From Candidatus Kaiserbacteria bacterium (GTDB taxonomy: Bacteria > Patescibacteriota > Minisyncoccia > Phycocordibacterales > UBA918): a stretch of 64,000 nucleotides of DNA. Below, one piece after another: positions 1 through 9,402 of this stretch. The position numbers and the translations under genes were made by a program. Under the pieces are notes generated by a model. It searched no databases, was not told the origin of the DNA, and saw only the letters and a list, made by a program, of their open reading frames with translations. Where the stretch lies: contig JANPCG010000013.1 of NCBI GenBank assembly GCA_031430855.1, positions 99,781 to 163,780 of the forward strand, read 5' to 3'. Each line of letters opens with the position of its first letter. Positions within the stretch are counted from its first letter, which is position 1.

Positions 1-208
1 AGGATTGTTCTACAACTGAATATAAATGACCTAACCCCTAAAGTCTTGCTTTGGGATATGGTCGAAAATCCTAACGAAAATACTGAACTCCGTGTTCAGC
101 TACTTTTCGTTAGGTCATATCTGGAAACGGGTATGGGGCTTTAGGGCTCGGCTGGCACGGAGTTCAGTGCGTTTACGTGTCAGCCACACTATTTAAATAA
201 TAAATATT

Positions 209-880
209 ATGAGCGATACACAACAAACAACGCTGGGTGCTACAACTAATAGAGAGAAGTTATTTTGGGGTATTGGACTTCTACTAGTAGCGATTGGGGT
301 ACTAGCAACAAGTCTACTTACAACACTTGCTGGAGTAGCTATACTTCCGATTACTGGCAAGCTCTTACAAAGCAAACTGAACGTGAAAAAACCTATCTTG
401 GTCCAATCTCTAGCTCTTGTAGTGATACTGCTTGTGGGAACATTTACTCTTGATTCAACTAAGTCTACAGAAGTGGCGAGCACACCTACTCCAGTCCCTA
501 CAGTATCAATGGTTTTTGACGTACCACTACTTGTTGGAAAAACAGTAAGCGAATTAGAAACAACATTAGGCACGCCAACTAAGTACACGGTCCCTCCAAC
601 TACTAATGTAGACGGTAGTAAAATTGAGACATGGGAGAAAACTTGGGAGAAAAACGAGCATAGTCTTATGGTCACTTATAAACTTGATACGAATGAAGTT
701 GTTGATTTGTTTTTAAGTGCGGATAGCGATAGTGCATTTGCCAACTTTAAGAGCAAGGACAATATCTTGCTCGTTGGTAATTTGTCAGATGACAGTACTG
801 CTTACGAACTTGAGTTTGTAGAAACTGTGAATATGGCAGATAAAGGCTATACAGGAGTTATTGTTAAGGCAAAAAAGTAG
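209..880 (+). CDS. hypothetical membrane protein (N-terminal TM helices, Thr/Val-rich extracellular part)
   Basis: ORF track; hydrophobic N-terminus GIGLLLVAIGVLATSLL; no recognisable catalytic motif. Confidence 0.4.
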   Translation: MSDTQQTTLGATTNREKLFWGIGLLLVAIGVLATSLLTTLAGVAILPITGKLLQSKLNVKKPILVQSLALVVILLVGTFTLDSTKSTEVASTPTPVPTVSMVFDVPLLVGKTVSELETTLGTPTKYTVPPTTNVDGSKIETWEKTWEKNEHSLMVTYKLDTNEVVDLFLSADSDSAFANFKSKDNILLVGNLSDDSTAYELEFVETVNMADKGYTGVIVKAKK

Positions 881-991
881 TAATTTAACCACATTGGTAT
901 CAAATTTGAAGTGCAAAGCAGGGCACCTGGTCTTAAACCTGCTAAATTAAATTAAGCAAAGAAAGTCTATTTTTGCTATTATGTAAGGGAT

Positions 992-3049
992 ATGAACTTA
1001 GTAGGTAAGACAATCAATGGCTACGTATTTATTGAATTTATCAATGAAGGCGGTTTTGGAGCTGTATACAAAGCCGAAAAAGCTGGGGTTATTTATGCGA
1101 TAAAACTTTTTCGTGAAGCCTATGTGCTGAAAGAATTTCGCCGTGATGGACATAATCGACTAGAACGTGAGATAGAAATAATGCAGAAAGTTTCAGGTCC
1201 AAATCTCGTTAGTTACATTGAACATTTTGAGTATCAAGACAATGGCTCAAATTATTATTTTTTAGTGATGGATTTTGTTGATGGTGAAACACTACGTACT
1301 ATACTTGATAGAGATGGTCAGCTAGATGAAGCGACTTCAAAAAATATTATCCTGCAAGTACTTGATGGTCTTGAAGTTTTGCATAACTTAAAAAATGGTA
1401 ATTCGTCTGGAATCATACATCGTGACCTCAAACCTGAAAATATAATTATGGACAGAAGTGGAGTGTTAAAGATTGTTGATTACGGTATTTCAAAAGTGAT
1501 TGATTTTACATCCATAACTAGTACTGGTGATGTGTTGGGTACGGGTCCGTATATGTCTCCAGAACAAATTACAGATAGTAAAAATATTGATAGACGCAGT
1601 GATTTATATACTGTTGGCATCTTGTACTATGAATTACTTACAAATGAATTTCCGTATGATTTTCAGTCTGCATTTGAATTGGCTGAAAAAATAAAGGTTG
1701 AACGGCCAATGCCACCACGGAGAAAAGTGCCAGGTATTTCAAACGCAACTGAAAATATTATTTTAAGCTTGCTCGAAAAGGAAGCTTATAAACGACCAGT
1801 AGATGTATCTACAATCAGAGCCTCTTTGTTAAGTGGTGAACCTGCAACAACGCTTAAAGAATATGATTTAACACCAAAATTTATTCTTCACCTGAATGAT
1901 GATAAAACTGTTTTAACAGAGTATCTACCTACAATAAGTGATAATTTAACAGTAGTTTTTCCGGCGAATCTATCCTCTGCACAGAAGGGTTTATTGAGTC
2001 TTATTCAAGGGCAACAAACCCGAGTTATAGTTGACCCCGCAACAGTTCGTCTTGCTTACGACACGTATGCTGATACAAAAGGATTGGTTGAGTTACCGTA
2101 TTCGAGAAAAGACTTTCAGGCAATTACCCCGGATTACCTTTCAGATTATAAGGTCCAAAAGGCTTATGTTAAAAGTGTGATTGATACGGAACATAAATTG
2201 GGGGCTGATGTTTTGTTGTCTCCATTTCATTACACTCATAACTCAAATGTCTCATTAGCTACGAGAAATATGGCGTCAGAGTGGCTGGACTTAGACATAA
2301 AACTTTTAATGGAAGCAATTGATTATCGTAATTCAAGTCCAGAACTAAAAGGAAAAGAATTGTATGCGGGTATTTGCTTACATCATACATCTATTAATGA
2401 TGAGCGTGACCGTAAATACATACTAAACACATTTTCTCTGTTTGATGTGGATGGTTACATAGTTTACGTTGATTCGATTGACAAAGAATCTTCAAAATCA
2501 ACTCTATACAGTTATATAAAACTTGTTACGGAATTACAGCAAAGCACTGGTAAGCCAGTCATAGCAGGACGTATGGGTCAATTTGGCTTAGGTTTGTTAT
2601 GTGCAGGCATTACTGGTTTTACATCAGGTACTGCTCGCTTCGAATCGTTCTATGAGGGTTTGTATAAAGAAGATACCGGTCCAGCATATAACATGTATGA
2701 AAGATATTATTATCCCGAGTTACTTTCTTGTATCTCAATTAAGAAAAAAGACCCAACGAGATTTGATAGTATTGCAGAATTCCTTCCCCCATGCGACTGT
2801 CCTTACTGTATTGGTAAGTCCGTTACAGAAATTATTCAGGCAAAGAATAATAAGTTTCATTTTCTGTATAAATATAAACAAGAAGTAAACGCTATCCTTG
2901 CACTGCCTGAACAAAAAAGAATACCTTACTTTTTAAGTCGTATCGAAGTTGCTATTGATAATTACGCCAAGATGTCACCAAAAGTGTTTGGACCATCTGA
3001 TTATAAACACCTACAAAACTGGCAGGAGGTGTTTAGTAAGCTACAATAG
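992..3049 (+). CDS. Ser/Thr protein kinase (N-terminal about 270 aa) fused to a roughly 400 aa unknown C-terminal domain with a CDCPYC (CxCxxC) motif
   Basis: Hanks kinase motifs visible: GGFGAVYKA glycine loop, AIK lysine, HRDLKPENI catalytic loop, DYG (DFG variant), SPE (APE variant); C-terminal domain unassigned. Confidence 0.8.
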   Translation: MNLVGKTINGYVFIEFINEGGFGAVYKAEKAGVIYAIKLFREAYVLKEFRRDGHNRLEREIEIMQKVSGPNLVSYIEHFEYQDNGSNYYFLVMDFVDGETLRTILDRDGQLDEATSKNIILQVLDGLEVLHNLKNGNSSGIIHRDLKPENIIMDRSGVLKIVDYGISKVIDFTSITSTGDVLGTGPYMSPEQITDSKNIDRRSDLYTVGILYYELLTNEFPYDFQSAFELAEKIKVERPMPPRRKVPGISNATENIILSLLEKEAYKRPVDVSTIRASLLSGEPATTLKEYDLTPKFILHLNDDKTVLTEYLPTISDNLTVVFPANLSSAQKGLLSLIQGQQTRVIVDPATVRLAYDTYADTKGLVELPYSRKDFQAITPDYLSDYKVQKAYVKSVIDTEHKLGADVLLSPFHYTHNSNVSLATRNMASEWLDLDIKLLMEAIDYRNSSPELKGKELYAGICLHHTSINDERDRKYILNTFSLFDVDGYIVYVDSIDKESSKSTLYSYIKLVTELQQSTGKPVIAGRMGQFGLGLLCAGITGFTSGTARFESFYEGLYKEDTGPAYNMYERYYYPELLSCISIKKKDPTRFDSIAEFLPPCDCPYCIGKSVTEIIQAKNNKFHFLYKYKQEVNAILALPEQKRIPYFLSRIEVAIDNYAKMSPKVFGPSDYKHLQNWQEVFSKLQ

Positions 3050-3057
3050 TAGTAGTT

Positions 3058-3690
3058 ATGTTTTCATTAGAAAAAGATGTTGTTAAAGTGCTTGATGCAA
3101 ATATCAACCACATCTTTGGTGAAGGTCGTTCCGTATTAGAGTTTTCATGTGGTGTTGGCCGTCCCGATATTATGTTTGGAAGGATGGTAAATAACAATGA
3201 CAGGGAATCAATCGCTGATTACGATTCCATGTTAGTCTTATCAACTTTTTGTGTACGAAAAGGTCAATTAGTTACGGCCGATAGAATACGAGAAAGTACA
3301 AATTTTTCTGGTAAAAAAATTGATGAAATAATCAAGCTTCTTTCAGACCATGAATATATAAAGCAAAGTAGTACGAATAAGTACGTTGTCACTAGAAGAT
3401 ATGAACCACCAGTACAAGATTTTATTTCTATTGAAGTGAAAATGAAAGACTGGAGACAGGGTTATTATCAGGCCGTAAGATATTCAAGTTTCTCGACAAA
3501 AAGTTATTTAGCAATATCGTCTGAATATATTAACAATGTTGATATTGAAGTCTTAAGAAAAGACGGTATTGGACTTATTTCCGTAGGTTCTAGTACTGCA
3601 AAGATTCTAGTGTTAGCAAAGAAGATAAAGCACAATAACAAAATTGCACATTATTTATCAACTGAGAGATTTAGAGGTTGTCTGCAGTAA
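3058..3690 (+). CDS. hypothetical protein, PD-(D/E)xK nuclease-like (GRPD ... IEVK motif spacing)
   Basis: GRPDIMFG followed about 90 aa later by SIEVKMKDW resembles the PD...(D/E)xK restriction-endonuclease-fold signature; inference only. Confidence 0.35.
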   Translation: MFSLEKDVVKVLDANINHIFGEGRSVLEFSCGVGRPDIMFGRMVNNNDRESIADYDSMLVLSTFCVRKGQLVTADRIRESTNFSGKKIDEIIKLLSDHEYIKQSSTNKYVVTRRYEPPVQDFISIEVKMKDWRQGYYQAVRYSSFSTKSYLAISSEYINNVDIEVLRKDGIGLISVGSSTAKILVLAKKIKHNNKIAHYLSTERFRGCLQ

Positions 3691-3798
3691 TTTAACTCAA
3701 TAAGGGCTACTGTTATTGCCTAAAACTTCACATGGGCTTGGTAGGGTGACCTAATATTATTTGATGAAAAGATTATCGTTTCAGACTATAATCAAGGC

Positions 3799-4458
3799 GT
3801 GGTAAACGTCTACACTGAATATTTCAAAGAACTCATGGACTTCCTGTATGGGATAGTAATAAGCTTGCCTGATTCGATGGGGGTAACTAACATATCTTAC
3901 TCATTTGATGATTATCGCACTAGTATTGGACAACAGGTCCAGCTTTTGGAATCGCTTGAGAAAGTTGGCGTCCTGAAAATTATTTATAAAGTGCCTTTAC
4001 CGCCAGTCGTAAAATTCACACTTAATACAAGTGGGAATAGGTATTCAGCCTCTGGTTGTCTGGGTTATGAATTGGAGATAAATAAGGATGAATTTTTGCG
4101 ATACAGGGCCAATAGTAGTTTGTTGAGCGTAAATAATGATGAACACCAGTATGAATTGCCACATTTGTCTGATAACGGGCGAATTCTTTTTGTTAATGGT
4201 GATGAAATTATTTTAAGTAAGCACGGGGAGATGACTAAAAGTTATGCGATAGCAAATTTAATTTTTAATAATGACGACTACCAATGTACAAACGAAGCAT
4301 TAGTTGATATGGCTGGAAGTGCTAAAGATAGAAAGAGCCCGAAGTCTTTTGTAGATAATGCCGTGAAGTATTTTAACCGCAAAGTTAATATACCGAATTT
4401 TGTTAGACAATCTGAGGGAATAATTTTATTGAATGAGAAATACACAAATTTTCGGTAA
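3799..4458 (+). CDS. hypothetical protein
   Basis: ORF track, AT-rich island codon usage, no motif recognised. Confidence 0.4.
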   Translation: MVNVYTEYFKELMDFLYGIVISLPDSMGVTNISYSFDDYRTSIGQQVQLLESLEKVGVLKIIYKVPLPPVVKFTLNTSGNRYSASGCLGYELEINKDEFLRYRANSSLLSVNNDEHQYELPHLSDNGRILFVNGDEIILSKHGEMTKSYAIANLIFNNDDYQCTNEALVDMAGSAKDRKSPKSFVDNAVKYFNRKVNIPNFVRQSEGIILLNEKYTNFR

Positions 4459-4507
4459 GATTTAACCATATGTTCAACCTAGTTCGAACATCATAATAAA
4501 TATAGTA

Positions 4508-4531
4508 AACGCACTCGAAAACGAGTGCGTT
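4508..4531. terminator. perfect 10-bp stem hairpin AACGCACTCG-aaaa-CGAGTGCGTT between genes (weak T tract)
   Basis: read directly from sequence; intergenic. Confidence 0.35.
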
Positions 4532-4694
4532 ATGCGTTTAGAAGACAAGCACATTAATCAATTTATTGAGCTGTACTTAAAAAAGTACGGTGTGGTTTTG
4601 GAACGTGCTGAAGCAACGCAAATGGCTATTAGGTTTGCGAGTTGTATTCGTGTGGTCGAATCGAATTCATTTATTAAACAAGAAGAAAATAAGT

Positions 4695-5189
4695 ATGGAC
4701 AATGATGAGGATTCTATTGAGGGTGGCTATGTGATTATGCCACGTAATATAGCCCGTGATAGCCGAAATGGTTTGATGACAAACCCCGAACGGAATTTGT
4801 TGTTATGGATTCGGTTGATAGCTGATGTTCGAGGTGTAAGCCATTGTTCCATGAAAGGACTTGCAGATGAAGCCTTTAACGACAAAGTTTCCAATTCGTA
4901 TATAAATAAAATACTACGTTCATTAAAGAAGAAGAGATACCTTTGGTACCAAGACCGCAATGGTCGCAGAGGTACGTTCGAGATTCATTTACGTGATTGG
5001 TTCTTGAAAGATAAGGTTATTAAGGATATTACAAATTTGTTTGAAAAGGAGTCAGTCAAAGCTCAATCAAAGGCCAGGTGGAATCCTGATGCTAAACCCA
5101 GACCAATTTCTGAGGAAGAGAGTCAGAGGATTGTAGATAGAAGAAAAGCAATTACAGCAAAGCTTTCTATGCATCAAAAGCAACTGTGA
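4695..5189 (+). CDS. hypothetical basic protein (possible DNA-binding or regulatory protein of the mobile element); start moved to the MDNDED methionine
   Basis: ORF 4590..5189; first ATG at 4695; Arg/Lys-rich. Confidence 0.4.
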   Translation: MDNDEDSIEGGYVIMPRNIARDSRNGLMTNPERNLLLWIRLIADVRGVSHCSMKGLADEAFNDKVSNSYINKILRSLKKKRYLWYQDRNGRRGTFEIHLRDWFLKDKVIKDITNLFEKESVKAQSKARWNPDAKPRPISEEESQRIVDRRKAITAKLSMHQKQL

Positions 5190-5273
5190 GTCAGAGCTTG
5201 CTATACAGATACTGAAACAGACACAAAAACTGATACAAAAAACTTACACAGTACTTTAAGAAATTAATCTCAA

Positions 5274-5876
5274 TTGATTTCGGTTATGTCACGAGAACTT
5301 ACAACTTCACGCTTATTATTAGATATTCGAAAGATGTATTTCTTGGAAATGATTCCGAAGAATGGATATAAGACTGGTAGATTTGCATGGTATCAAAACA
5401 ATACTGAATTAGGGTACATAAATTATCAGTCTTCTGTTGGAAGGACATATGCTGGTCTTCAACTGATTTATCAAATTACATACCAAGGGGGTGAGGTTAA
5501 AAACATCAATCAGGAAGTGTTGCTGACGGGTATTGATTGTCATTTTGGGGGTTTCCGTTGGTACTTCAAATGCCCAGGATGTAATGCACGAGTAGCAGTG
5601 CTTTATAGCGGTCAAAATGGCTTCTACTGTAGAAAATGTAACCATCTAGCATACGAAGGTCAAAATGATTCAAAACTGAACAGAGAGGGCATTTTTCGCT
5701 TATGGTCCATTACAGATAAAGAAGAAAAGATGATTGCACGGATAGGGCGTACTTTATACAAAGGTAAGCCTACTAGGAAGTATAAACAGCTTTTGGATAT
5801 ACAAAAAAAGAATGGATTGATAGTGAGAGAAGAAGTACAAAAAGAGTATAATAAAACCAATAATGAAAAATTTTAG
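5274..5876 (+). CDS. hypothetical zinc-ribbon protein (CPGC...CRKC)
   Basis: four Cys in CxxC...CxxC arrangement; overlaps the recombinase start by 14 nt (operon-like). Confidence 0.45.
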   Translation: MISVMSRELTTSRLLLDIRKMYFLEMIPKNGYKTGRFAWYQNNTELGYINYQSSVGRTYAGLQLIYQITYQGGEVKNINQEVLLTGIDCHFGGFRWYFKCPGCNARVAVLYSGQNGFYCRKCNHLAYEGQNDSKLNREGIFRLWSITDKEEKMIARIGRTLYKGKPTRKYKQLLDIQKKNGLIVREEVQKEYNKTNNEKF

Positions 5877-7629
5877 CGACAACAAATACTTCATCTATAT
5901 TCGGAGGTCGCAAGATGCTGAGGACCGTCAAATGGCGAGTCTGGAAGACCAGGAAGCTGAAATGCGAACTGTGGCCGAAAGGTACAATTTAAATGTGGTT
6001 GATGTGATTGGTGAGTCACGGTCCGCCAAACACCCAGGTAGACCTAAGTTTAATGAAATGCTTGCACGCTTGCATGCTGGTGAAGCTAATGGGGTGTTGT
6101 GTTGGAAATTGAATCGACTGTCTCGCAATCCAATAGATGGTGGCCAGATTTCATGGTTGTTACAACAAAAAGTAATTTCTCATATCAGGACCATTGAAAG
6201 AGATTATTTACCAACTGATAACGTCATTATGATGGCGGTTGAACTTGGTATGGCTAATCAGTTTTCAAATGATTTAAGTGTTGATGTTAAGAGAGGTATG
6301 CGACAAAAGGCTGGGCGTGGCTGGAATTCACAAAGCACACTACCTGTTGGTTATAGGCATAACACTGGTTATGAAAAAGACGGTGAAGAGATAGTTTCTA
6401 CTTCTGACCTTCAAATTGTTAAAAAAGTTTTAGGTACTTTTTTAGAAGGTGCACATTCGGTGTCGGATATTCAGCGACTAGGTACTGTCCTTGGGCTTGT
6501 AAACAAGAGGGGTAAACCACATGTCTATAACACGTATCTGAATATGTTGAGATGTCATATGTACTATGGTTACTTCCAGTGGCGAGACAGTGACGGTGTT
6601 GAACAGTGGCATAAGGGAAAACACGAACCAATTATTACTGAAGAACAATTTAATCAAGTTCAGTTAATGCTTGGTAAGCGTGGAAGACCAACAAGAATTA
6701 ATACATACGACTTTGCGTTTCGTGGCCCGCTGTCTTGCGGTGAGTGTGGTTGTGCTGTTACTGCTGAAAGAAAACTACAGTGTATTTGTACTGGGTGTAA
6801 AAGAAAATTTTCGTGCAAAACTGCTAAGGCTTGCCCAGATTGTGCTTTGCAAATAGGTGATATGAAAAAGCCAAGTTTCGTTGATAAAACTTACTATCGT
6901 TGCACTAAGAGAAAGAAGGGATACAAATGTTCTCAAAAATGCATTGAAGAAAGTAAGCTTCATACTGACATTGACGGCATATTGCAAGATATGGAAATAG
7001 ATAAGGACTTCTATCAATGGGCTAAAATGGCCTTACGTGACGTTCATAGTAGTGAAATTGATGAACAGCGTGAAATCGTAAAAAGAACAGCCAAGAAAAG
7101 AGATGAGCTTTTTCAGCGATTGAATAACTTGGTCCTGATGCGTGCTGACGGTGAGATTTCGTCTGACCAACTTAAAGACATGAAAGGTAAAGCGGAAAGG
7201 GAATTACATGAAGTCGAAAAAGAGTATCGAGCACTGGACCAGCGAGCTTTGCACTGGGTAGATATTGCTGATGGCTACCTGACGTTTACTGAGAAAGCTT
7301 GTGACCTATTTAACACAACTACTAATTTGAGTCTCAAGCGTGAGATACTTCAAACCCTTGGTTCGAACCTAGAAATTTTTAATCAAAAGCCAATGTTCGT
7401 AATGGCTAAACCGCTTATTGCATTGAAAAATGTTCATGTGCGTACCTACAAAGAATTAGGTACGTTCGAACCTAAAAAAGCCCTTGATAAACAAGGACTT
7501 TCTAAGGAAAAAGCTATTGCTTTTTCAGTTCTGTGCGCCGGGAGGGATTCGAACCTTCGTAGGCTGATGCCAGCAGATTTACAGTCTGCCCTCGTTGACC
7601 GCTTGAGTACCGACGCAAATATAGTGTAG
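5863..7629 (+). CDS. large serine recombinase (resolvase/invertase catalytic domain + recombinase domain + Cys4 zinc ribbon)
   Basis: N-terminal YIRRSQDAEDRQMASLEDQ (catalytic Ser + Q...L..Q) and LNRLSRN motifs; CGECGC...C..C zinc ribbon; 588 aa, typical of large serine recombinases. Confidence 0.8.
   Translation: MKNFSDNKYFIYIRRSQDAEDRQMASLEDQEAEMRTVAERYNLNVVDVIGESRSAKHPGRPKFNEMLARLHAGEANGVLCWKLNRLSRNPIDGGQISWLLQQKVISHIRTIERDYLPTDNVIMMAVELGMANQFSNDLSVDVKRGMRQKAGRGWNSQSTLPVGYRHNTGYEKDGEEIVSTSDLQIVKKVLGTFLEGAHSVSDIQRLGTVLGLVNKRGKPHVYNTYLNMLRCHMYYGYFQWRDSDGVEQWHKGKHEPIITEEQFNQVQLMLGKRGRPTRINTYDFAFRGPLSCGECGCAVTAERKLQCICTGCKRKFSCKTAKACPDCALQIGDMKKPSFVDKTYYRCTKRKKGYKCSQKCIEESKLHTDIDGILQDMEIDKDFYQWAKMALRDVHSSEIDEQREIVKRTAKKRDELFQRLNNLVLMRADGEISSDQLKDMKGKAERELHEVEKEYRALDQRALHWVDIADGYLTFTEKACDLFNTTTNLSLKREILQTLGSNLEIFNQKPMFVMAKPLIALKNVHVRTYKELGTFEPKKALDKQGLSKEKAIAFSVLCAGRDSNLRRLMPADLQSALVDRLSTDANIV
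7534..7616 (-). tRNA. tRNA-Tyr (anticodon GTA) with long variable arm, no encoded CCA
   Basis: manual fold: acceptor GCGTCGG/CCGGCGC, anticodon loop CTGTAAA, variable stem GGC/GCC, T-loop GGTTCGAATCC; lies inside the 3' end of the recombinase ORF on the opposite strand. Confidence 0.8.
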
Positions 7630-7710
7630 CCAGGGAGAGCTACGTAGCGTACAAATTATCACAGTTTCCCTGATTTAGAAAGGGGTAGGTATGGTAAGCT
7701 TAGGGGTAAT

Positions 7711-8874
7711 ATGATGCGTCTGTTTGTCTTTTTTTGTCTCGTGGGTGTTTTTGCTATCGCACCTCTCATGGTCGATGCGCGTGGCCTCGTGCCGTGTGGT
7801 GGGCCGGGAGAACCTGCCTGTCAATCATGTCATGTGGTTGCGCTCACTAATAATATTATTGGGTGGCTCGTATTGATCCTTGGGACTATTGCGGCAATTG
7901 TTATTGTTTACGCGGGAGTAAAGCTGGTAACCTCAGCGGGTAATCAGGGAGCCATGGAGGATGCCAAGAGTTTGATTACTAATATCATAATCGGGTACGT
8001 GATTGTGTTGGCGGGGTGGCTCATTATTGACTACGTGATGAAGGTGCTCGTTGATGAGGGGAGTTTTGGTGTCTGGAATCAGCTTGAATGTACCACGCAG
8101 GTGGTGCCAGGAGCGGCGGATATTAATACTATCGATTTTAGTTTGCCGTATGCGCCGCTTGATGCTGACTTGGGTAGTCTCCAAGGGTGGGTGCCGTCTG
8201 GTACGACAGCGACCGGTGGTCCGGGTGGAACAACGGCTCCGGGTTCGTATAGTTCGGCGTGTCGCCTCTTGCCTAATCCTCCGGGAGTCAGGGAATACGA
8301 TTGTAGTGCGCAGCAGACACAATGCAGAAGCGCCGGAGGGACGCCGTCACTCAATACTGATGGTTCTACGGTCATGTGTGCACCGGCGCAGATTACTGGT
8401 GGAGGAGGCGGCTCGTGTACGGTCGTTACTAATCCATCAAATGCGTGCCATCCAAGCCGATTGACGTGTTTTCCTGATCGAAACCTTGCGTCTGAAATTT
8501 GTAATCTTGAGAGTGGCGGAGGAGATACTACAAGAATGTCTGGTTCTGATTTGTGTCGGGATGGTCGGTCATTTTCAGTTGGGCTATGGCAAATAAATAT
8601 TTTAGCCAACCGAGCACTTATTCCTGGCTGCACGGGAACCTTCTTTACTTCAGACAATAATGGTCGGAGTGAAGGTAGTTGTATCCAGTATCGGACTAAC
8701 AGTCGTGGTGTTCGGTATTGTCAGTATCGATCGTGTGAGATCACTAATGTGGCTACATATAACCGTTGTGTCTCAAATGCGCGAATTCCTGCAAACAATA
8801 CTACGGCTGCCTGTAGTCTCATGCGTTCTCAGGGATGGAATGCCTGGGCTACATCGTATAATTTATGTCGATAA
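7711..8874 (+). CDS. secreted protein: TrbC/VirB2-pilin-like N-terminal domain fused to a Cys-rich lysozyme or lytic-transglycosylase-like C-terminal domain
   Basis: signal peptide; CGGPGEPACQSC; two hydrophobic helices (IIGWLVLILGTIAAIVIVYAGVKLV, IIGYVIVLAGWLIIDYVM) as in TrbC/VirB2; C-terminus has ES...GLWQIN...TYN resembling GH23 (E-S, GLMQ, AYN) motifs. Confidence 0.55.
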   Translation: MMRLFVFFCLVGVFAIAPLMVDARGLVPCGGPGEPACQSCHVVALTNNIIGWLVLILGTIAAIVIVYAGVKLVTSAGNQGAMEDAKSLITNIIIGYVIVLAGWLIIDYVMKVLVDEGSFGVWNQLECTTQVVPGAADINTIDFSLPYAPLDADLGSLQGWVPSGTTATGGPGGTTAPGSYSSACRLLPNPPGVREYDCSAQQTQCRSAGGTPSLNTDGSTVMCAPAQITGGGGGSCTVVTNPSNACHPSRLTCFPDRNLASEICNLESGGGDTTRMSGSDLCRDGRSFSVGLWQINILANRALIPGCTGTFFTSDNNGRSEGSCIQYRTNSRGVRYCQYRSCEITNVATYNRCVSNARIPANNTTAACSLMRSQGWNAWATSYNLCR

Positions 8875-8877
8875 TAT

Positions 8878-9402
8878 ATGTTTTTTAAAATACTATTTAT
8901 GTTGTTTGCAGCGGGGAGTGTCGTTTTTGGTGTCTGGTACGTCATGATATATAGTCCGCTGCAAGTTGTTGATACTACGCCGAGTGGTCAAACAGGGATA
9001 GATTTCCCGACTCTGAATACAAATGAAATACCGGAAATTGTTATCAATCATTCACCAAACACTATCGCCACCAGTAAAGATGTTTCCATTTCAGACACAC
9101 CACTTATTCTTCATCGAGATGTAAAAGAGATTGCGCCAGATTTTTATCAAATGAGCGGAGATACTGGTCAATATGAAGTAAGTTATAGTCGACCAAGTGG
9201 TAGTGTAACGATTACTCTTTATGGAGAAGATACGAAAAAATCCCGTGCGAATGCTGAAGCCTACATACTCAAAACGTTGCCGTATACGGAAGATGAGTGG
9301 TGTGGGTTTGTGGTGACGGTAATAACGAATCAGTTTGAAAACCCGACCTGGGCCGGGCAAAATCTAGGTCTGAGTTTCTGTCCGGGTTCGATAGCTCTCT
9401 AA
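8878..9402 (+). CDS. membrane-anchored hypothetical protein (candidate immunity or partner protein)
   Basis: single N-terminal TM helix then soluble domain; sits between the two TrbC-like hydrolase genes. Confidence 0.45.
   Translation: MFFKILFMLFAAGSVVFGVWYVMIYSPLQVVDTTPSGQTGIDFPTLNTNEIPEIVINHSPNTIATSKDVSISDTPLILHRDVKEIAPDFYQMSGDTGQYEVSYSRPSGSVTITLYGEDTKKSRANAEAYILKTLPYTEDEWCGFVVTVITNQFENPTWAGQNLGLSFCPGSIAL

Noticed and set aside
7933-8657. Antisense and out-of-frame ORFs (7933..8322, 8051..8464, 8079..8657) inside the first TrbC-like gene, and 15607..16197 antisense to the parB tail
   Set aside because: They overlap well-supported genes in GC-rich, low-complexity stretches. The Arg/Pro-rich translations are typical of antisense artefacts.
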